Of a stretch of 32,000 bases of DNA, positions 18,307 through 26,243 are shown in pieces (within the stretch, counting starts at the first letter, position 1; each line of letters starts with the position of its first letter). The translations under genes and the position numbers were made by a program. Below the pieces are notes generated by a model. It made no database searches. It was not told where the DNA came from and saw nothing but the letters and a program-made list of their open reading frames with translations. The DNA is from Candidatus Scalindua sp. GTDB lineage: Bacteria; Planctomycetota; Brocadiia; Brocadiales; Scalinduaceae. Location of the stretch: assembly GCA_031316235.1 (NCBI GenBank), contig JALDRA010000001.1:3570001-3602000 (forward strand), in the 5' to 3' direction.

Positions 18307-18999
18307 ATGGATACCTCTCTCATCATGTTTGCCAGGGAACCTGTTTCCGGCAAAGTAAAAACACGGCTCAGTCCCCACATCAGCTCCGAAAAAGCCGCAG
18401 ATCTCTATAAGGCGTTCATCGTTGATATTGTAAATAATCTCAAGAAGCTGAAAGGGCAGGATCTAACTATTGCCTATGCTCCTGTATCCGGTGATGCAGA
18501 TGCAGTCTTTCATGAATTAGTTGGAGAGTCGATCCCATTATTTCCTCAAAAAGGAGATACCCTTGGTGAAAGGTTGAAAAATGCTTTTCAGGACTCTTTT
18601 TGTAAAGAGATAAAAAGGATCGTCATTATCGGTGCGGACAGTCCCACCCTTCCAATATCTTATATCAAACAAGCATTTCATGCCTTACGCGATACCCCTG
18701 TTGTGATTGGACCTGCGTATGATGGGGGATATTATCTCATAGGTCTTTCTGGATTTACAGGGGAAATATTTGATGGTATTGAGTGGGGGTCTCCACAGGT
18801 ATTCAGTCAAACAATCGAGCGGATAAAGGAGTTGAACCAGCAGTTGCATCTCCTGCCTCCCTGGTATGACATTGACACACCAAGCGATTTATCTTTTTTG
18901 CGATCGCACCTGGTGGCCATGAAATTAAGTGGCAGTAGAGAGATCCCACATAATACTGCTCAATTCCTCGAAAATTTTATAGAGAATAGTTCATTTTAA
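18307..18999 (+). CDS. DUF2064 / TIGR04282-type glycosyltransferase-like (CofC-like nucleotidyltransferase fold) protein
   Basis: 230 aa. The N-terminus IMFAREPVSGKVKTRLSP...AADLYKAFIVDI, the central IVIIGADSPTL and YDGGYYLIGL fit the DUF2064 family pattern as I recall it. Confidence 0.7.
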   Translation: MDTSLIMFAREPVSGKVKTRLSPHISSEKAADLYKAFIVDIVNNLKKLKGQDLTIAYAPVSGDADAVFHELVGESIPLFPQKGDTLGERLKNAFQDSFCKEIKRIVIIGADSPTLPISYIKQAFHALRDTPVVIGPAYDGGYYLIGLSGFTGEIFDGIEWGSPQVFSQTIERIKELNQQLHLLPPWYDIDTPSDLSFLRSHLVAMKLSGSREIPHNTAQFLENFIENSSF

Positions 19000-19872
19000 A
19001 TGACAAAAGCCTCTTTTTTCAAAGTCGGTTTCATCGTATTTCTTTCTGTGGCTGTTTTTCATGGGAGATATTCATTTTCTGACATATTTGAAAAACAGAC
19101 CGCTCTGAAATCCACTACCTCATCTTCCCTCACAGAGAAAGGTAAAAAAAACAGCACGAGATTGAAATTTGAAGATGAATTTCTTAAATACACTATTAGT
19201 TTCTGGTTCCTTAAGAGAATTGGAGTGGTTACCCTTCAATGTAAAAGAGAAAAAAACGTCTTTACTATCACAATTGATGGCTTTACTACAGGGCTTATTG
19301 ATAAGATTGTTCATAGGCACAATATCTACAGAACCACAATGGTCTTCGACAGAGAGACAAAGAGACTGAAACCCTTAAGTTCATATGAAAAAAAAATTAA
19401 GGGTCACGAAGAGAGGGTTAAGGTTACGCATTATGACTATCCCAAGAATGTGCGCAAGTTCACAATATGGAGAAACGGAGCTTTTCGCCGGGAAAAAGAG
19501 ATCGCTCTTGATGAAGTTTCAAATGATGATGGCATTACGGCATTTTATAATCTCCGGAACGAATCGTATGGAAGAGTGAGTGATGGTGCTCACTTTTCGA
19601 TCCAGACCGTACATAAAGAGCGAGTTACAGAAACAAAAATCCATGTTCGTTCAATAGAAGATTCCGAGGATTTTTCCAGATGGAAGGGCGGAATACTTGA
19701 TGCGGAACTCATGGCTGAAATTACCCTGGATCCTGAAATGATTGATTCGGAAAATGGCAAAATCGAAGTATTGTTAACCCGTGATTTTGTACCTGTCGGG
19801 TTTGTTGCAAGAGATGTTGTCGGTTTCGGTGATTTGTATGGAATCCTGGAACAGGAGGGAAACATGGATTAG
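19000..19872 (+). CDS. Secreted or anchored protein, DUF3108-like
   Basis: 290 aa. The ATG abuts the upstream TAA (tttTAAATGaca), indicating translational coupling. It has an N-terminal hydrophobic signal. FLKYTISFWFLKRIGVVTL and DDGITAFYNLRNESYG resemble DUF3108 motifs. The family call is tentative. Confidence 0.55.
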   Translation: MTKASFFKVGFIVFLSVAVFHGRYSFSDIFEKQTALKSTTSSSLTEKGKKNSTRLKFEDEFLKYTISFWFLKRIGVVTLQCKREKNVFTITIDGFTTGLIDKIVHRHNIYRTTMVFDRETKRLKPLSSYEKKIKGHEERVKVTHYDYPKNVRKFTIWRNGAFRREKEIALDEVSNDDGITAFYNLRNESYGRVSDGAHFSIQTVHKERVTETKIHVRSIEDSEDFSRWKGGILDAELMAEITLDPEMIDSENGKIEVLLTRDFVPVGFVARDVVGFGDLYGILEQEGNMD

Positions 19873-19890
19873 CCAGTTGAATTACGTAAC

Positions 19891-20937
19891 TTAATTGTCT
19901 GGTGGGAGGTATGGAGGGACGTAAAGTTTTCCTGATTCCGGGTTTAATTCCCCTTTTGAAGTTTCTGCAATTGCCCATTCAAGCCTTGAGAGGAGAAACA
20001 AACCGGCAGCTGTCCAGATGAGCTCTCGAAATCTTCTCAGTATGCAGAACGTTATTGCAATACTTGCGCTTAATTTCATACAGGAAAAAATCATAATGAT
20101 ACCACCCTCTTGACCGCCAACACTGCCGGGAATAAATGATGTTATACCTTTTGCAACCGTTGAAAGAGATTCAATGATATAGGTTGGAAGAAACCCTGCA
20201 GGATATCCTGTAAAATAGAGGACGAGGGAGACCTCGATCAGCCCTGCCATCCAACCGAGAAAATAAAAGGTAATAGAGAGACAAAAGTTTTTTTTATAAT
20301 TACGGTAAAAGTCTAAAATGTTTTCGTCAAGCACCCTCAGTCTCTCCACATTCTCTTCAAGATAGCGTATCTTAATCTTGAAGAGACGTAAAAGTCCCAG
20401 CAGGGAAGAAAAAATTCCCCGTTTCTGAGTAAACAGAATAAGGATTATTACGGGTATGCCCAATAACGTCATTGCGATGATACCGATAAGCCGGGATACT
20501 GAAACGTTTAATTGAAAAAGCAGGAATCCAACACCGACCATGACAAATACGATTTGAGATATAGTCATGAGGGCCTTTGAAATAACTACTGATGCAATTC
20601 CTTCAACCATGGATACATTATGCTTTTTAAGCAAGTAAGCTTTTACCGGTTCTCCTGCAAGATTAGCCGATGGGATGATCATATTGATTGCTTCACCTGC
20701 GAGCCGAATGGAAAACAGATCTCTAAAGCGGATGTTTGTCTCTTTGAATGAGTATTTCCATCCAAGGGTATCAAGGACGGAGACGACGCTGAAAGGTAAT
20801 AGAAAAAATAATATTTTCCATTTCAGAAGAGAGAGATGTTGATAGATATTGGAAAGCCCGACTTTGTAAATTAAAACACAAAAGATTGAGAAACCAACAA
20901 GGAGTAATAGTATTTTGAATCTTTTTTTCTGTATCAT
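19891..20937 (-). CDS. Flippase-like / lysylphosphatidylglycerol-synthase-TM-domain (UPF0104) family membrane protein
   Basis: 348 aa with ~8 predicted TM segments. The conserved-looking IPGSVGGQEGG motif lies near the C-terminal helices, as in the TIGR00374/LPG_synthase_TM family. Confidence 0.7.
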   Translation of the reverse strand: MIQKKRFKILLLLVGFSIFCVLIYKVGLSNIYQHLSLLKWKILFFLLPFSVVSVLDTLGWKYSFKETNIRFRDLFSIRLAGEAINMIIPSANLAGEPVKAYLLKKHNVSMVEGIASVVISKALMTISQIVFVMVGVGFLLFQLNVSVSRLIGIIAMTLLGIPVIILILFTQKRGIFSSLLGLLRLFKIKIRYLEENVERLRVLDENILDFYRNYKKNFCLSITFYFLGWMAGLIEVSLVLYFTGYPAGFLPTYIIESLSTVAKGITSFIPGSVGGQEGGIIMIFSCMKLSASIAITFCILRRFRELIWTAAGLFLLSRLEWAIAETSKGELNPESGKLYVPPYLPPDN

Positions 20938-21124
20938 TTCAGATGGAATAGGATTAGATAATCATCGATACGTATTCTCTGGGCACTGTCTTTCTACACA
21001 TTAGTTCATTTTGGTATCGAGATTATGGATGAGTTCCTCTTTTACTATGAAAAAAATATCCTTGGACCTGCCCGGGCAACCTTATCCAGGCGGGTGGATG
21101 AAGAGAGGCATAGTCGGGATGATA

Positions 21125-21178
21125 TATACTAAAACCGATATGGTTTTAGATTTTTCTGAAAACGAAAGCCTGGTTGCT
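21125..21178 (-). repeat. Degenerate right-half fragment of the MITE-like repeat
   Basis: tatactaaaaccgatatggttttagatttttctgaaaacgaaagcctggttgc aligns with the first ~55 nt of the minus-oriented copy at 28055. The first 15 nt are identical, and identity is about 75% after that. Confidence 0.45.
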
Positions 21179-21193
21179 GGTATCCCCGGACTG

Positions 21194-22684
21194 TTAGAGA
21201 TACTTATGGGCGTAGAGTTCCGATAATTCCTTAAATAATTGTTCCGATTCGTGATCACTACCTTCACACTTCTTTATTCTGGGCCATTCACTCTTCGGAA
21301 ACCTGACGTACAAAGGGAAGGTTCTCTGAAGTCCCATAAGCTCCTCACGGGAAAGCTGTGGCATATTTAAGACCGTCTCAGACCGGTAATCACCAGCATG
21401 GGAATCTTTCTGCATCAAACCTTTCTCATCACAATATTCTCTCAGGGCGGTGCCTTTATAAGGATTGTAAAGAGAAACCATTACACCTGGTACATTTATT
21501 TTTCTGTTTAACTCGATAGTCTCGAAAATCTGTTCTCTGGTTTCGGTGGGGAAACCAATAATATTATTGGCACTCACCCTCAGTCTGGACTTTTCGAGAA
21601 TCTTAAATGCCTTTAAGATTGTTTCATCCGACATATTTCTGCCAAGGAGGTTTTTTCTCAGGTTTAAATTTCCGCTTTCTATACCAAGACTGATTCCTTC
21701 ACAGCCGGAAGACTCAAGAAGCTTAATATTCTCCTGGTTGATTGATTCAGGCCTCGCCTCTATCCAGAATGGTATGTTCACCTCTTTATACCGTTCAATG
21801 AATTCTGTTATCCTCTCCCGCTTTGTTGTAAGAAAGCTCTCTGCAACCAGATATGCAAATTTCAGATTGTATCTCTCTTTTTTCTCCTTCATCTCGTCAA
21901 TGAGTCTTTTTATGCTTTTTTCTCTATAATACCCTCCGTTATCAGCATACAGTTTGTTGAGTCCGTAATCACTGCAGAATCGGCAGCTGTAGGGACAGCC
22001 TCTATTCATTTCAAATGTGCCGGTCATGGAGATTTTTCCACCCATGGGTTTGTAAAATCTTCTTGGCTCGAATATTGTCCAATCCTGAAACGGCAACTCA
22101 TCCAGGTTGACGGGTGTTCTGATCCCATTTTTATATATCCTCCTCTCCTGCTTGATCCACATATTTTGTACCGAGGTTATGTCCTGTTTTTCCCTCATCT
22201 TTGTACAGAGCTCTACTAGCGCATACTCTCCTTCACCCACACACACCATATCGACACAATCTTCGGCAATAATTTCAGCCGGAGCAAACGTGGCGAAAAT
22301 GCCGCCCACAATCATGGGGGCAGAATAATATTCTCTTATACTCTTGAGCATCTCTATTCCAAGTTCGTACGTGCACTCTATACAGGACAGGCCGATTATG
22401 TTCGGCTTGTCCTCTTCTACCATTCTCTTAAGATCATCAAAGAGATCTGTATCTTTATATACCAATCCGAATTCCTCACGATTTGTTTTCCGCACCTGAA
22501 GATTTTTGGTTCTTGCTTCGTCACCGGTCTCTTCAGCTGTTTTATAGAAAGTGGTATCAAACAGCTTAACCTGAATGCCCTTTTCCTTTAAACAGGCAGA
22601 AATTAATGATAGTCCTACGGGTAGCAGAACATCCATCATCGTATTACAGTTGATCAATAAAACCTTGAAATTGTTATTTTTCAT
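21194..22684 (-). CDS. B12-binding domain radical SAM enzyme (class B rSAM)
   Basis: 496 aa. The N-terminal Rossmann-like cobalamin-binding region is KVLLINCNTM...IIGLSCIECTYE...VCVGEGE. The radical SAM cluster motif is NRGCPYSCRFC (CxxxCxxC). Confidence 0.9.
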   Translation of the reverse strand: MKNNNFKVLLINCNTMMDVLLPVGLSLISACLKEKGIQVKLFDTTFYKTAEETGDEARTKNLQVRKTNREEFGLVYKDTDLFDDLKRMVEEDKPNIIGLSCIECTYELGIEMLKSIREYYSAPMIVGGIFATFAPAEIIAEDCVDMVCVGEGEYALVELCTKMREKQDITSVQNMWIKQERRIYKNGIRTPVNLDELPFQDWTIFEPRRFYKPMGGKISMTGTFEMNRGCPYSCRFCSDYGLNKLYADNGGYYREKSIKRLIDEMKEKKERYNLKFAYLVAESFLTTKRERITEFIERYKEVNIPFWIEARPESINQENIKLLESSGCEGISLGIESGNLNLRKNLLGRNMSDETILKAFKILEKSRLRVSANNIIGFPTETREQIFETIELNRKINVPGVMVSLYNPYKGTALREYCDEKGLMQKDSHAGDYRSETVLNMPQLSREELMGLQRTFPLYVRFPKSEWPRIKKCEGSDHESEQLFKELSELYAHKYL

Positions 22685-22781
22685 ACTCGTTTTTTTATAT
22701 AATAAATTAACGCAAAGAGCGCAAATATTTTATGAGTGTACATTTTTTTCTTCATGTGCTCAGACTCTGTACGCTTCACTT

Positions 22782-23588
22782 TTATCTTCCCGCTATGTTT
22801 CTTACCCAATCCATACCCTCTTTTACCTTTTTTGGTATATTGTCGAAATAGGTGTGGTTGTATTCAAATACTATTTTACAGTCTTTATTATGATCGAGAA
22901 TTATTTCAAGTGTCTTTTGTATGTCTACCCAGCCATCACCTGTTTTTTGTGAAGGATGAACGGGTACGTGATGATGTTTCCTGCTGTGATCCAGTCCTTT
23001 TGTATTCCATACATGTACAGATTTTGTTTGCGGTGCCAGAGTTTCTACGTCTTTAAGAAAATTACGATTTCGAGCCTTTGATATAAGGAATGTGTGACCT
23101 ATATCGATACAGATGCCTAACAAGGGGTTATCAGAAACAAACTCTACAAACTGTTCTGGTTCGTGAAAGTGTCCGGAATAACCGCCAAATTCAACATTGA
23201 TGGGGATGTTGTACGTATCAGATAATTCACAGAATCTTGATTTCGTGTTACTGACAAGCTTCATTACTTTCCTTCTGTTTTTTGAATCTTCTTTCCAGAC
23301 TAGATGCGTCACGACAAAGTCAGCTCTCCACCCCTTCGCATAATGGAGTGTACTCTTTATTAATTGGAAAGAAAGTTCTCTCCTCTTCGGGGCGTCATTG
23401 AGAAAAAAGGTTGAAACTCCGGTATGGGGAAAATAAGCAGGCCTAAAAAATGGTACATGAAAGCTGAAAGGTCGTTTCCTGGCCTTCAGGAATGTTTTGA
23501 GTTTTCCCAGTCTATCGCCTTGAAAATCAAAAACCTCGTACCTGTCCAGTCCTGTATGTAAAAGGCCAGATGCCTTAACTCTCTCCAT
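22782..23588 (-). CDS. Xylose-isomerase-like TIM-barrel protein (sugar phosphate isomerase/epimerase family), possibly 5'-truncated by a frameshift
   Basis: 268 aa with beta-strand-end motifs FSFHVPF, VVTHL, INVEFGG, ICIDIGHTF, SVHVWN and IVFEYNH, typical of the AP_endonuc_2 fold. An upstream 28-codon reading frame (23671-23588) appears to supply the missing first strand. See findings. Confidence 0.8.
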   Translation of the reverse strand: MERVKASGLLHTGLDRYEVFDFQGDRLGKLKTFLKARKRPFSFHVPFFRPAYFPHTGVSTFFLNDAPKRRELSFQLIKSTLHYAKGWRADFVVTHLVWKEDSKNRRKVMKLVSNTKSRFCELSDTYNIPINVEFGGYSGHFHEPEQFVEFVSDNPLLGICIDIGHTFLISKARNRNFLKDVETLAPQTKSVHVWNTKGLDHSRKHHHVPVHPSQKTGDGWVDIQKTLEIILDHNKDCKIVFEYNHTYFDNIPKKVKEGMDWVRNIAGR

Positions 23589-23958
23589 TTTGCCAAGTGT
23601 ACGCCTTTGCCAGAAACGTCGCCGGATCCTTTTACTCGTGGATGAACGGAAATTCTGTAATTATGGTTCATCCACTGACTATTGAAACGGCATGCTCTGT
23701 TGTGTATTGCAAAAATCTCTTTTTCCTACGGTAGTTTCTCTGGTTTTCAGCTGAGAGACAGTATACATGTTTTGTGCTGAGTGGTAAATATTTTTATTAT
23801 TTTAGCATGAAAAGGCCGATCTTTATTCGCCGAATTCTCAACGGAGCAGAATCCGCTCTTGTGGTTCGGATCAATTACTGCACGGCCCAATCCGAACTGA
23901 GCCCGGGTGTCATGAACGTTAACGTTGTTTTTCGAATCCTGAAGCCTGCGAGCCGGGA

Positions 23959-24070
23959 TATACTCATCTCATAATGGTTTTCGGATAAAATCCGAGATAA
24001 AATTGAGCGGATATACCTTCACCAAGATTTGGTTTCCGGTAAAACCGAAAACCAAATCGGTTTTAGTATA
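23959..24070 (+). repeat. Full-length (112-bp) reference copy of the TATACT...AGTATA MITE-like repeat
   Basis: tatactcatctcataatggttttcggataaaatccgagataaaattgagcggatataccttcaccaagatttggtttccggtaaaaccgaaaaccaaatcggttttagtata differs from copy 30563-30674 at only 4 positions by hand alignment. Confidence 0.9.
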
Positions 24071-24076
24071 AATCAA

Positions 24077-24385
24077 TTACCTCTGGTTAATCTTTACCCA
24101 CTCTTCCATGGGTAAAACCGGGCGAAAAGAGCCCGTCTGAGTGGGTACGAGCGGGAGGAAAAATTTTACCAATTCGGAATAATCTTCTGCCTGAACGATG
24201 ATATAGTAATCGTGTTCCGTAACGGTTACGTATGATCCCAGGAACTTGATTCCTCTCTTTGCCGCCTCTTCCCGGCTGTCCCAGAAATCGGCAAGCATCT
24301 TTGCTCCCTCCTTGCTCCTGCCTGGGCAATTTTCCGGGGTGTGTGTCCAATGTGCGACATAAATGGTGCCTTCATTGTTAGCCAT
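24077..24385 (-). CDS. Small (102-aa) cytoplasmic protein of unknown function (possibly DUF3303-like alpha+beta fold)
   Basis: A perfect AAGGAG SD lies 8 nt upstream of the ATG. The sequence is non-repetitive and globular-looking (IYVAHWTHTPENCPG...YYIIVQAEDYSELVKFF). The family guess is weak. Confidence 0.65.
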   Translation of the reverse strand: MANNEGTIYVAHWTHTPENCPGRSKEGAKMLADFWDSREEAAKRGIKFLGSYVTVTEHDYYIIVQAEDYSELVKFFLPLVPTQTGSFRPVLPMEEWVKINQR

Positions 24386-24430
24386 ACAAATTTCTCCTTA
24401 TAGAGCGATTGAGCGAAAACTATCCATCTA

Positions 24431-24526
24431 CCGCATTGCGCTGATTTCCGTAATCATCAAGTACAGAAGTATGTTACGGTCAGAAAATTGTTACGCACCT
24501 TGTATCCGGACTGTTTTGGTTCAACC
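24431..24526 (+). repeat. Copy 2 of the ~95-nt degenerate intergenic repeat family (family 2)
   Basis: ccgcattgcgctgatttccgtaatcatcaagtacagaagtatgttacgg...caccttgtatccggactgttttggttcaacc aligns with 8645-8740. Its 3' end gttttggttcaaccac recurs exactly at 17420-17435. Confidence 0.6.
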
Positions 24527-24764
24527 ACAGGGGTTTCTTTACAGCACGACATAAAATAAACAGATTCATGGTAAAAACTATATCTTTCAGTCAAAAGAGG
24601 TAATACTACAAAAAATTATCATACTTTTCCATACATTTAAATTGAAGAAGAATTTTCTTTTAGTCACGAAAATAGAGAGAACACTTTTTGCTTGATTCTT
24701 GAGCGAATTAACCTGACAATAGGGGAATTAAAAATTCACTATAAACTTATTATCTCTACATGCC

Positions 24765-26240
24765 ATGCGATCAAAATTTTTCCCCATTGTTTCAGGATGT
24801 TTTGGCCTGGCGATTTCAATTCCGCTCTTTTTATTCTCAATAACCGCTCCAGCCCGGATTACCACGTTCCCTGAATCACTTTTGGCCGCCTTAAGTCCTG
24901 GAAGCGTGAAAGTCTCAATGTTACCGGCAGCTCAATCCGGACAAGGGACGTTTCATTTCTTGACCAAAAAGCCGGTGTTCTCCACACTTATCTACCCTGA
25001 AACAGAGCAAAAGGCCATGAGCATGCTTAAGGCAAAGGGGCATTCTTTTTACCAGCAACTCTGCAGCTGGCAGGAAGGGCGCAAGGCACAGCTCCTGTAC
25101 CCACTGAGTGATTTGAGAGGCAGTCCGACGAAGATACTCTTTCTCCTGTTTTCAATTCTGCTGGAAACGGGAGACATCTCTTTAGAGTTGAAAAATAATC
25201 TTGAAAAAGAGATGATTCAAGCTCCGGAAAAAGAGTGGGGATCCTTCGAGAAATCTGCGCTGAGTCTTCTGTACTTATCCAGGCGGCTCTCACTGGAAGA
25301 TCTTGGCATGTTCGTGCGTTTATCAGATCAAAGCGCTTCCCTGGGCACATTTGCCGCTTTCTTACAGAAAATGCCAGACCAATCTGCAGATCTTTTAAGA
25401 ATTGCACAACAGCTTAATCCTGAAACAGTAGCAGGTTTCTTCAATTATCTCGCCAGATGGGAAACAACAGGAATCAACACTCTTTTGCAGGCTCATAAAC
25501 TGAGCCCTGAGGCGTTTACGTTCTTGCTGGAACATCAAAGAGGTATTGGTGCAGACTGGCCACGGTTTTTATCAAATGAGTATTATCCCATTGCATGGTT
25601 TAATACTATCCATGCAGCTGATCCCAACTACGCTTTTGGTTTAAAGTCCTTGTTCACGTTTGTTTCAATCTTCCTCTTCCTTTTTTCAGTTTCTATCCTG
25701 ACTGTTCGATTACAAGTCAGTTACTGTTTACTGTTTGTGAGTAATGCTGTTTTGTGTACCCTTATTTTATCGCTTGGATTTGAAAGGGGGCCGCTGATCG
25801 AGCCCGATCTTCCTGTCTTAAGGCTGAGTAATGCTGTTTCGGATAATCTCTTTAATTCTGCATCATCCATAAAAGGAGCTACCGGTATGAATTTTATTTC
25901 ACTTGCATTCACGATCTTTTTTTTCTTTATTCAGATGTTCTTTTATTTTCTGGGAAGGAACACTATTGACAAAATTAAAAAAATGGCCGCGGATGCATCT
26001 ACTAAAATTAAGCTTTTAGACAATGAGGATCACCTGTTTGATTTCGGACTCTACGTAGGATTAAGCGGTACGGTCCTGTCACTGATTGTGATTACCATGG
26101 GGTGGTCGGACATTGGGTTAATGAGCGCCTATACATCTACACTTTTCGGCATCATCGAAGTGGCACTCTTAAAACTCATTTCGCTGAGGCCATACAAGAA
26201 AATGCTCATTCTTGAAATCTGTGCCTTAGAGAAAGCATAA
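24765..26240 (+). CDS. Polytopic membrane protein with C-terminal MotA/ExbB/TolQ-like three-helix module
   Basis: 491 aa. It has an N-terminal signal or anchor, a ~270-aa helical soluble region and TM helices from ~residue 295. The last ~117 aa have TolQ/ExbB topology and motifs (GLYVGLSGTVLSL; AYTSTLFGIIEVALLKLI). The coding call is firm. The homology call rests on motifs only. Confidence 0.55.
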   Translation: MRSKFFPIVSGCFGLAISIPLFLFSITAPARITTFPESLLAALSPGSVKVSMLPAAQSGQGTFHFLTKKPVFSTLIYPETEQKAMSMLKAKGHSFYQQLCSWQEGRKAQLLYPLSDLRGSPTKILFLLFSILLETGDISLELKNNLEKEMIQAPEKEWGSFEKSALSLLYLSRRLSLEDLGMFVRLSDQSASLGTFAAFLQKMPDQSADLLRIAQQLNPETVAGFFNYLARWETTGINTLLQAHKLSPEAFTFLLEHQRGIGADWPRFLSNEYYPIAWFNTIHAADPNYAFGLKSLFTFVSIFLFLFSVSILTVRLQVSYCLLFVSNAVLCTLILSLGFERGPLIEPDLPVLRLSNAVSDNLFNSASSIKGATGMNFISLAFTIFFFFIQMFFYFLGRNTIDKIKKMAADASTKIKLLDNEDHLFDFGLYVGLSGTVLSLIVITMGWSDIGLMSAYTSTLFGIIEVALLKLISLRPYKKMLILEICALEKA

Positions 26241-26243
26241 AAA

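Noticed and set aside
22685-22727. Possible sigma-70 promoter for the radical SAM gene (TTGCGC-17-TATATA on the minus strand).
   Set aside because: Both hexamers are weak. The implied transcription start lies only ~5 nt before the ATG, and AT-rich DNA gives many such matches.
23860-23925. tRNA-like fragment: ggttcggatc resembles a T-arm, and ggagc-agaatcc-gctct resembles an anticodon arm.
   Set aside because: The putative anticodon loop lacks U33. The T-stem has no complementary strand, and no acceptor stem can be formed.
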